Source: Felis catus
Lineage: Eukaryota
Direction: 5' to 3'
DNA length: 64,000 bases
NCBI RefSeq assembly: GCF_018350175.1
Contig: NC_058377.1
Coordinates: forward strand, 108,438,001-108,502,000
Position 1 is the first letter of the stretch, and each line of letters starts with the position of its first letter. Under the pieces are notes generated by a model. That model made no database searches. It was not told the DNA's origin and worked only from the letters and a program-made list of their open reading frames with translations. Position numbers and translations under genes: made by a program. Positions 54,701-64,000 of the stretch are shown here, in pieces.

Positions 54701-57700
54701 AGAGGGGTCTGGGGGCTGGGGGAGTGACACCATCCGGTGAAGGTTTTAGGAAGATCCCTCAGTTGTGACTTGAGGGTAGAGTCAGCAGGCAGGGAACGGG
54801 TAGTGGCCACTGACACGGGCCAGAGAGGATGGCATCTGACCGCCATCCGTCCAGGGACGCTTCTCAGAGAAGCACAGGATGGAGTGGACAGTGGGGTAGT
54901 TCAACCTTCTCCCCACCCTGTGACCTAGAAGGGTGGCCCGAGCAGGAGCCATCAAAGGGGCCAGGCTATCTGCTGACCTGAGCCCCCGGAGCTGACCCCC
55001 CACCCACCCAGCAAGTCGCCAGGGGCAGGGCACATTAAGGGCCAGCCCTGCCTTTGGAGACTGAAATTGGTAGGCCCAGCCCACCTGACCTGTTCTGAGT
55101 GTTCTACGAAGAGCACAGCAGTCTGGGCGTGGGAATTGATAAGGTGGGAGGGTGCCCCCTTTTGGCCAGGATATGGAGGTGCTGGCCCAAGATGGCCTGG
55201 GTCTGGAGATGAGGTGCATGCATCAAGGGAGCTCAGTGTCACCGTGCGGGCCCCTGGCCACGATGGAGACTCAAGCACCAGGTGATGGGAGTCGGAGGTG
55301 GCCTGAGGGAGCTCCAAGCAGGAAGGGGCGAGAGGGAGAAGGAGAGGCCCCAGCCAGGCCCCTCACAGCCTTTCACCCCTGACTCTCACAAAAGCCTTGT
55401 AAACCCAGCCCAGGGAACAAGGACTGTGAGGCTCCCAGAGTGGGCGTGGACTGGCCCAGGATCACAGGGCCAGGCAGGGTGAAGGCCATGGCCTTCCCTT
55501 GGGGAGGCACTTTCCCTGGAGGGGACGGAGGGTGGAGTTCTGTGCATGCAGGACTGGAGAAGCAGCTGGGGTGGGCAGGGCCTGGAACTGAGGGCCTCTC
55601 CTCCCCTGCGTGTGCATGAGGCTCTGGCTGGCCCTAGGGCAGGGCTGTTGGGGAGCCCTGCAAGCCCTCACCGGCCCCTTTCTCCACAGGAAGGCCTGGG
55701 CCCTGACCCCAGCCCTGCCCCTGGCCCATCTACAACCACAGCCCCACAGCAGCCCCCTGGTGAGTAGTTGTGAAGGAGTAGTGACCCAGCTCAGTTCAGG
55801 CTGTTCACAGATCCTGAGCTGGGGACGCCCTGGGGGCAGCTGTCAGATGGAGGTGCCTTAACCCGGTCTCTGTCTGCAGGTGGGAGTTCCCCACCGGAGG
55901 AGCCACCCCCAAGTCCAGGGGAAGAGGCTGGGCTGGTAAGGAGGGCTGAGGAGGGAGGAGCTGGTGGGTGGCGCTTCCCAGGCAGAGCCTGGACTGAGCC
56001 CCCCCTGCCCCCCCCTTTTCTGCAGCAACGGTTCCAGGACACAAGTCAGTACGTGTGCGCAGAGCTGCAGGCCCTGGAACAGGAGCAGAGACAGATAGAT
56101 GGGCGGGCAGCGGAGGTGGAGACACAGCTGAGGAGCCTTATGGAGTCAGGTGGGGCAGACATCTGGAGTCCACTCCCCAACACACGCCACCAGATCTGCC
56201 CAGCCCTGCAGCCCTTCCGGATCTGGGGAGGAGTTGGGAGGAGGCAAGGCTGGGGTCTCTGTCCCCATTTACAGCGGGACAAGGGAAGCCTCCGGCTTCT
56301 GGGGTGCCGTAAGGAAGCGAGCCCCGATCCCCAGCCACCCTAGTCTTGCCACCTGGGTTGACGGCAGGCCTGGTGACTGTCCTGGCCGGGTTCAGGTGCC
56401 AACAGGTTGCAGGAGGAGGTGCTGATCCAGGAGTGGTTCACGTTGGTCAACAAGAAGAACGCTCTCATCCGCAGGCAGGACCAGCTGCAGCTGCTGTGAG
56501 TGAGCCCCTCCCACTCCAGGCCCCGCCCCCAGCCCGCCCCGGGCGTGCAGGACAGAGGGGAATCTCGGCCACTTTGGTTAGAACTATTCACTACTTTCTT
56601 CTTTCTGCAAAGGTCTTTTTGGAAAATTGCTCAGTCACCTTATTTTCTTCTTCTCAAAAGTCCTGTATGAATTGTACACCTCTTTTATTGGTACTGTTTT
56701 TATGAATCCGAAAACTAAGGCCCAGAGAAAAACGTGGTACAGGCAAGTCAGGGCTGAGTGCCTGTTCCTTTGACCCTGTTCCTTTCCAATAAGAAAAACT
56801 GAGGCCCACAGAGATCTGAGCTGGTTTCCAAGTGGGGTCAAAAGCAACTCTTGACCATGATTGCTTTGATAGTCCTGCAGGATGAAGGCAAGTTTGCCTC
56901 CCTTTTGGATTTTAGATCATTTTTCAGAATAATTTTAGTGTCTCATACTTGCTGCTGATGAATAATGTTCATCCAAATGATCCTGCAAGGTTGTTTCCTA
57001 ATTAAAAAAAAAAAAAAAAAAAAAGGGAGGGGTGCCTGGGTGGCTCAGTCAGTTAAGTGTCCGACTTTGGCTCAGGTTATGATATCATGGCTCATGAGTT
57101 CGAGCCCTACGTTGGACTCTGTGCTAACAGCTCACAGCCTGGAGCCTGCTTCGGATTCTGTGTCTCCCCCTCTCTCTGCCCCTCTCCCACTCATGCTCTG
57201 TCTCTCTCAAAAATAAATACATATTTAAAAATTAAAAAATAAAAAGCAGTGGGGATGGGAGGAGAAACTATAAGCATCCAGCATTTGGAGAACAGTTGGA
57301 AGGAAGATGATCTGGGGCAGGGACGGGGGTATAGCGCTTTCCTCAGCCCAGCCCTCCACACGAACTGGTAATGAGGTGGGATGGGAGGCCAGGGAGTAGT
57401 CAGAGCCCCGGGACCCCTTCCTCTCCTGTTCCCCTTTTCCTGACCCACCCCGCACCCTCCACCCCAGTATCGAGGAGCAAGACCTGGAGCGGAGGTTCGA
57501 GCTGCTGAGCCGGGAGCTACGGGCGATGCTAGCTATCGAAGGTGGGAGATGGGGCCCGGAGAGGGTGAGAGCCGGTACAGAGCAGGGACGGGCGCCTCCT
57601 GACCCTCGGCCTCCTCCGCCCTCAGACTGGCTGAAAACGGCCGCGCAGCAACGCCGAGAGCAGCTTCTGCTGGAGGAGCTGGTGTCGCTGGTGAACCAGC

Positions 57701-57974
57701 GGGATGAGCTGGTCCGGGACCTGGACCACAAAGAGCGGATGTGAGTGGGGTGGGGACCGCGCTGGGGCGGGGGCGGGGGGCGTCTAGGGGCGGACTCCCG
57801 AGGAGGGCTCGCTCTGGCCAGGGGGGCAGACTAGGGTTGGGGCCCGACTCTGACTTCAAGCCGCTCCCTCCCAGCGCCCTGGAGGAGGACGAGCGCCTGG
57901 AACGCGGCCTGGAGCAGCGGCGCCGCAAGCTGAGCCGGCAGCTGAGCCGGCGCGAGCGCTGTTCGCTGAGCTGA
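42572..57974 (+). CDS. EHBP1L1: EH domain-binding protein 1-like 1 (NT-C2, long acidic spacer, CH, Pro-rich, bMERB, CaaX), ~1458 aa long form
   Basis: Exons 42572-42675, 45398-45455, 46103-46198, 46490-46543, 46635-46813, 46900-47042, 47629-47697, 47790-47952, 48086-50087, 50548-50705, 50794-50842, 51274-51936, 55690-55759, 55880-55935, 56026-56149, 56396-56495, 57468-57541, 57626-57740, 57875-57974 (4377 nt, frame closes). [20 protein letters not shown] start; CH motif [28 protein letters not shown]; b[16 protein letters not shown]; ends CSLS. Confidence 0.96.
45581..45993 (+). mobile_element. Two tandem CanSINEs in EHBP1L1 intron 2
   Basis: Heads at ~45581 and ~45786; flanking repeat AGAATCC(G/A)CAGAA. 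Confidence 0.9.
47504..47539 (+). CDS. EHBP1L1: Candidate 36-nt in-frame cassette exon of EHBP1L1 ([12 protein letters not shown])
   Basis: Long pyrimidine tract then CGCAG| acceptor, CAG|GTAGG donor; phase 1-1 matches the flanking exons; no stop. Confidence 0.65.
48890..49625 (+). repeat. EHBP1L1: Degenerate coding tandem repeat (~25 aa / ~75 bp) in the large EHBP1L1 exon
   Basis: Recurring AE(S/T/A)E(I/V)LG(T/A)QETEVGGSG units, about 9-10 copies, some shortened. Confidence 0.85.
51100..52150. promoter_or_regulatory. Intragenic CpG island over EHBP1L1 exon 12
   Basis: CpG-dense sequence extends into both flanking introns. Confidence 0.7.
57029..57245 (+). mobile_element. CanSINE in EHBP1L1 intron
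   Basis: GGGGTGCCTGGGTGGCTCAGTCAGTTAAG head, (CT)n and A-rich tail. Confidence 0.92.
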
Positions 57975-58347
57975 GGCCTCAACCACTCGGACCGCAGGCT
58001 TTCTCGCTGCCGCGCCGGGTCGTCGCCCCGGACTAGCGCTGCGGAGGACCCGGGCCGCACGGACGCGGCGCGCCGCCCGTAGGGGCCGCCGTCGCCCCCG
58101 TGTGGGGGGAAGAAGGGCGGCCTCTGGGGGCCCGACAGACAGGAGCGGCTGGACGGCCGTGCCGTCCGGGCCGTATTTATTTGTCCGTGTGAGTGTGTGT
58201 GCGTGTGTTCGCGGGGCCTGGGGGTCCCAGGAGCACCCCTACGGAACCCCTCCCCGATGGCAGGGCCCGGGCCGGCCAGCGGGGGGACAGGGATGGCCGG
58301 TGAGCCGCTGCGCCCCCGCCCTCCCCCCTTTCCTGATCTTGGCGAGC

Positions 58348-58353
58348 AATAAA
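58348..58353 (+). terminator. EHBP1L1: EHBP1L1 poly(A) signal AATAAA
   Basis: Canonical hexamer ~375 nt after the stop. Confidence 0.8.
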
Positions 58354-58582
58354 GTTGGACGAGGCCACACCAGGCCTGCCTTTCTCAGCCCTGGGGCTTT
58401 CAATAGACGGAAGGGGGCGGGGCTAGGCCGATAAGGCTGTCTGCGATCCGAAGTGGGGCTGGGCGGGCTTTGAGGTTCCCAGATGCGGCGGAGGACCCCT
58501 CCCCCCCTCAGCCTTCGCCTTCAAAGGATGATGGGGTTTAAGGATGGTGGGGTTTGGGTCGTTGATCGCTTTAGGGATCCCA

Positions 58583-58810
58583 TTTTTTAATTTTTTTTTT
58601 AATTTTTTAACGTTTATTTATTTCTGAGAGACAGAGAGAGAAAGAGTGCAAGTAGTGGTGGGACAGAGAGAGGGAGACACAGAATCGAAAGCAGGTTCCA
58701 GGCTCTGGGCTGTCAGCACAGAGCCCGATAGGGGGCTGAAACTCACAAGCTGTGAGATCATGACCTGAGCCCAGTCGGTCGCCCAACCGACTGAGCCACC
58801 CAGGCGCCCC
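58583..58810 (-). mobile_element. CanSINE between the EHBP1L1 and KCNK7 3' ends
   Basis: Full body; TSD TAGGG(A/G)TCCCATTTT on both sides. Confidence 0.92.
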
Positions 58811-58994
58811 TAGGGGTCCCATTTTGAAAGAAGGGACCAGAACAGGGCTATTGCCTTTTTCCTTTAAAAAACAAAACAAAACAAACCACTATTGCCTGAG
58901 GTCCTTACAATCACACCCTCCCCTCCCTTCACTGGGGGCTTTCTCCTCAAACTCGTCCACCTGAACAGAGCTCAACTCCATCACCTCGCACCCA

Positions 58995-61533
58995 TCAGCA
59001 AGTTGGGGTCTGTTCTGGGGCTGCGGCCGAGGGTGGCAGGGTGCTCAGGGCCAGTTCATCTTGGCCTAGGATGCCGCTTTGGTCTTCAGCCGTCCGCGGG
59101 CCACTGGACCCAAAGAACTTCACCACGGCGCGGACCTGTGGCAGCTCTGAGAAGGTCTCCACAGCCAGCAGCATGGCCAGGAGCCCGAGGAGCAAGTAAC
59201 CTGGTGAGGAGAGGTTGCTGGCACAGCTCTGGCAGGGCCCGTATGCTCCCTGCCACCTCCCAGCCAGGTGACCCGCCACCCCGGCACCCGGCGCCACTCA
59301 GAGGTGCCGTCAGGGTTCTACGACTCCCACACCACAGCCCAGGGCAGGGTTCCTCCACCTGGGCGGCTCGGCCTCCCCAGTGGTTTACGGAGTCGTAGTC
59401 CGGGCTCCTCTTCCCTCCTCTCGCCCTCACGCTCCTTGGCAGCTGGACTCACCGAGAAGTGCGAGCTGGCCCAGGTGGTAAAGCACCGGATGCAGGCCAC
59501 GGCCGTGACCCGGCAGCAGGTCCCCCAGGCCGATGGTGCTGAGGGAGCTGAAGCAGAAGTAGATGGCCTCCAGCAGGCTGCAGTCACCCTGGACGCCCCA
59601 CAGCACCAGCGCTGGCAGCAGCACGAAGGCGCCAGCCACTAGCAGGCCCAGTCCGGCTGCCCGTAGCAACGCGGCCCTGGCCGGGGCCGGCCGCCAGTAG
59701 GCCGCTACCCAGGCCCCTGGGCGGCTGAGCAGAGGCAGCAGGCAGCGGCGCAGTGCGGCCAGGAGCGCTAACGAGGCTGGCAGCCCCAGGGCCGCGTAGA
59801 GCACGCAGAAGGCCTTTCCGCCCGCCGACAGCGGGGCCATGCAGCCATAACCTGGAAAGGAGAGAGGCCGTGGGCGATGAGCACTCGAGCGGGATGCCGG
59901 CTGTGGTCCCCCCCTTCCCCCAACGAGGCCTCTGGCAGAAGACCGCCCTCTAGTGGCTGAGATCGAGGGACCGGCTCCCGCCTGTGCTCTGGCTGGCTTT
60001 GCTCCTCATCCGCTGGGGGTCTTGGACAAGTCCCTTTACCTCTGTGCCCACTCTTTTCTGGGAAATGGAACATTAAAAGAGGCAGTCACCTTAGGCCTCT
60101 TGGGGCTGGGACAATTCTGAGAACCCCTATCCTGCCCCAGAGGAAGCTTGGTTTTCTCCGGTTCCTCAGCTCTGCCCTTGACCAATGCGATGCTTCCAAA
60201 TCCACTGGGAAGAACGTTACGCACTCTTCCCCTGCCCAAAGGTGTCTTGAGACACCCTGCGTGCCAGGCCTTGCACTGGAATCTGAGTCTGCCCAGGCCC
60301 TGCCTTTTGGTGGAGACGACAATGCAGGAAAGTCAGTGGAGACACGACATGAACGGCGGCAAAAGAGGCAGCGTGTGTGAGAGAGGGCAGTCAGGACTGG
60401 AAAAGCATGTGCAAGGCAGGGAGAGGCGGGAGAGCAGGGTGTGCTGGGAGAACAGGACCAGCTAGTCCAGAGGTGTAAACGCAAATGCCTAGAGGGGCCA
60501 GATGTGAGACAAGAGCGTTGGCTTGGCCTGGAGAGGAAGCGTTCTGTCCAAAAGTACAGGCCTTGTTCCTCTCCAGACAATATGCCGCCTTGCAGGGATT
60601 CTGGCTCAGAGTGAATATGGCTCTCCTGATTGTCCAAGAGAAGTTGGGAATACAGATTTAGACGACATTTAGACACTCTGCAGATGTCTAATGTTTGTAC
60701 GGACGACGTCCACTCACAGGACAAAAAAACCTCCAGGGCTGTGGGTCCCATTCCTTTATTTCCCTGCGCCTTCACACATGCTGTTCCCTCTGCCAGGAAT
60801 TCCGTCCTCCCTCATCTCTGTGCCCTCTTGCCATGGCTAACGTTTCATCAGGACTTCCTCCCCCTGGCCACTCTCTCCGGAGTCGGTGGTCCTGACCTGC
60901 ACTCCTGGGTTCACTCCATTCTCCTCCGTTAAAGAATCCACCCTACAATACCTGTTCCCCACCTTGCCTCGGGCCACGGGGTCTGGGCATCTCTCCCGGA
61001 TGTCAGGGGGCGTCGGGGGGTGTGGCTGAGGAGGACACACCCTGCCTGGCCGCTGAACTTGAGGTACCAGTTGGGGTACTGGTGTGGGAAGCCCCAGCTC
61101 TGATGTCAGGCCGAGTCAGGCCTGGGATCTGTCTGGCCTTTTGGGGCTGAGGGAAGGGCTACATCGCCAGGGCCCCCCGGAACCCCCGCCTGCCCGGCCG
61201 CCTGGCAGCCTTACCCGTGGTGGTGAGGATGCTGGCAGTGAAGAGCAGGGCCGAGGGCAGATCCCAGTTCCCAGCCTCTGAGCCATCGCCCCAGCTGGAG
61301 ACCCCGCGTACCTGGGCCGCCAGGGCGGTGCCCAGCAGCTCCTCCAGTGCCCCAGGTGGCAGGCAGGCCCCATATTCTGCCTGGAAAGTGGCCAACTCGG
61401 TCCTGAGCTTGGCCTGAAGCCGGAGGGCTGGCGGCCCCTCCAGGGCCTGAAACACAGCGGCCCCAATCCCCAGGGCCAGCAGGTGGCCCACAACCAGTAG
61501 TGGGAACCGGGCCCAGGGCCTTAGAGCCCCCAT
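58995..61533 (-). CDS. KCNK7: Two-pore-domain potassium channel subfamily K member 7 (K2P7.1), 307 aa
   Basis: Exons 61215-61533, 59453-59851, 58995-59200 (924 nt, intact). Pore 1 WDLPSALLFTASILTTT|GYG; pore 2 AIYFCFSSLSTIGLGD; four hydrophobic TM segments. Confidence 0.96.
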
Positions 61534-63023
61534 GTTGTGCCGCCTGGGGTCGGAGGTGCTGTGGGAGCTGGCGGCTCCACAGGCACCTGGGAGGGGCTGG
61601 CAGGGTGCGGCTGGGAGGAGGTGCCCGTGGGAGGCTGAAGACAGACGCCAGGGACTCACTGAGGGAGAGTGTGAATGAGCTGGAAGGGGGTTGGTCTGGG
61701 TCCCTCCTCCTAATTTCTGGGGACGAGACATTATTTGCCCAGTTCCCTGAAGCTGGGGAGATGGGGGCGAGGTGGAGTAGGTTGAGGCCCAGAGAGCAAG
61801 CGAGACTGGCTCAAAGTCACACAGGGTGGCTTATTCAGGGAGGAGCTCACTCGAGCCCGGCCCGCTCCCTGCATCCCCTCAGCAAGTACTTCTTTTTCCT
61901 GAGGACACTGGACAAGAAGACAGACACAGGTCCCTTCCCTCCTGCTGTTCCACAAGAAACCTGTTAGCAAGAGAATGTGACAAGTTTGAATTGTCACACA
62001 TGCCCTGAAGTTCTGGGGGAAGGCCCTGGAAGAGTGAAGACTGACATTTCAGCTGGGGAACAGAAGCCAGTCAAGGTGGGAGAGAGCTTGGGGTGTGAGA
62101 GGAACGGCGTGGGGCGGGGGGGGGGGGGGGGCGGGTAAGGACACAGGGCCGAGAGGACAAGAGTGGCCCAGGTAGACCTATTGGGAGGGGGGTGCGAGGG
62201 GGGTACAGCAGGCAGCCTGCAAGGAAGAGGGGACAGGAGTGGGGATTTGGGAAGAGTCGGGGGGGGGGGGGCAGGGCAGTGAGGTGAGAGGAGCCAAGGC
62301 CGCCGCCCAGAGGACGCTCTCACACCTCCATTCTGAGTTCTCCCTGAGAACCCTGTGCTGGGCCCTCCTGAGTCCCGCCCCACTGAACACTGGGGACACA
62401 GTGAGCCTGGCTGCCAGGGTGTGTGCAGGGGCGGGGAGCCTAAACTACTACTCCGCTGAACCATGGAGGGGCTGAGCGCAAGGGCCCCGCCCCCCCCCCC
62501 CCCCCCCCAGAACCCACAGAAGTGTGGACGGAACCATGAGCCAGTAAGAGAAGTGTGGATGGAGCCATGAGCCAGGGTGGTCACTCCTCCTGGTCCAGAC
62601 CCTGGAATAGAGACAAACCCAGGACAAACCCCAAGATTCTGCCCAGTGGGCTCTGGACGCCCGAGCTCCGCGAGCTGGCTGTGGTGGGCACAGCATGGCC
62701 AGGGAAGACGCCCCAGGGGAGGTGATGTTGCAGCTGGGTCCCGAGGCTAAGCAGCAGGAAGAACGAGGCGATTCTTGAAATGGCAGGAAAGGCCTGCCAA
62801 GGGTGGGGAGAAGGTGGGCGAGAGCAGCGCGTGTGGGTGCCGAGGAGGCTGAGGCGGACCTGGAATGCCTGACTGAGGCCAGTGCCCTTGGTCCCAGCCT
62901 AGCCTCAGGCCAACTGTCCCTTGTGCTGAGGGCACGAAGTCACCAGGTTTGCGTGATGGCTCGGATCCCCCGGTTACTTCCCAAAAAGGTGAGAGGCTGC
63001 ACCCGGGGAGACAGCTCGGGGAG

Positions 63024-63029
63024 TTTATT
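63024..63029 (-). terminator. MAP3K11: MAP3K11 poly(A) signal (AATAAA on minus)
   Basis: TTTATT ~510 nt downstream of the stop. Confidence 0.7.
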
Positions 63030-63540
63030 TGGCTTCATAGGATCCTGAGGCCGAGGCCCCAACCCTGGCCGGGGCAGCAGGAGGGCACCCAGAGAGTCCT
63101 GGCCCCAGAGGACCCCCAGGGCAGGGGTGGGGGCACCCGGGCACTAAGCCCTGGGGCGGGGGCCACAGTAGCAGGGCTTGGTCAAGAGTGCTGGTGACAG
63201 CCGAGGCCAGCCCCTCTCCCCTGTACTTCCCCTCCTTCCTGCACCACCCCTGGGGGCGATTCCCTGAGACAGGCTCTGGTCCTCCCAACCAGCTGGGTAC
63301 AGTGTTGGGCCCCAACGGGGCAGGTGAGTCGGGGGACCCACAGGTTGCAGGTGTGGGGGGGTGCAGGCTCCCCCCCTCCAGTGTGAAGGCTTCCTGTGCA
63401 GTGTAGTGTTCCTGACCCCCAAAGGGGGTGGGGTCCCTGGGGGAAACCAAGGCAGCTACAGAGGCTCGCCCGGCTCCCGTTCCAGTGTATACTGTGGCTC
63501 CTGTAGGGCAGCTGGAGCGTGGGGGAGCAGCCCAGCCCAC

Positions 63541-63878
63541 TCAGGGCCCTGCCTCTGGCGCCCACGGGGCCTGGGCACCTATGTCTTTGGTCTGTGCCCT
63601 GCAGTCCTGAGGGCCCCCCCGGAAGGGGTTGGCAGGTGGAGAGTCCCAGAAGGGGTCCGAGTCCGGGAACAAGGTCCAGGGTGCCCGGCGGGGCGCAGGC
63701 TGTGGCGAGGACAAAGGCGAAGGCCGTGGCCCGGCTGACACGAAGCTCCACGGGTCGATGCGGCTGCGAAGGGGTGAGGGTCGAGGTCGGCTGATGAGGC
63801 CCAGGGGCGGTGAGCGTGGGGTGCCTGGCGTGCCAGGAGCAGAGCGTGATATCCCTGGCGGCGGTGAGACAGCACTTC
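63541..63878 (-). CDS. MAP3K11: Last coding exon of mitogen-activated protein kinase kinase kinase 11 (MLK3); rest of gene outside window
   Basis: TAG| acceptor before 63878; [43 protein letters not shown]...FPDSDPFWDSPPANPF...APWAPEAGP* is the MLK3 C-terminus. Confidence 0.95.
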
Positions 63879-64000
63879 CTAGGAAGGTTGAGGGAGGGGG
63901 CACGGGGTCAGGCAGCCACCAAATCCTGGGTATCCACAGGAGGCACCGCCCACCTCTGGAGCTTTCCTATCTGCACAGCGAGCTGCTTGACTCATAACTT

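Overview
Mammalian genomic DNA from a feliform carnivore (most likely a felid, judged from dense Feliformia-type CanSINEs and carnivore L1 3' ends), syntenic with human 11q13.1. Gene order: SCYL1 3' UTR end (+, inferred), LTBP3 (-, 28 coding exons, two partly in N gaps), a ~17 kb repeat-rich interval holding a decayed MER34-like LTR provirus with nested L1/SINE insertions, ZNRD2/SSSCA1 (+), FAM89B (+), EHBP1L1 (+), KCNK7 (-) and the last exon of MAP3K11 (-). Exons were placed by hand from GT/AG sites and phase continuity. Comparisons with orthologues and repeat consensuses are from memory, not searches. I see no convincing new biological system. The best leads are: a 1-bp frameshift in an LTBP3 EGF exon; the ancient provirus with env and integrase remnants; a ladder of in-frame 5' splice sites that could tune the EHBP1L1 repeat spacer; two micro/cassette exons; a strong-Kozak uORF in EHBP1L1; a canonical GLG second pore in KCNK7; a possible SINE-donated poly(A) signal; and a miRNA site cluster in the MAP3K11 3' UTR.
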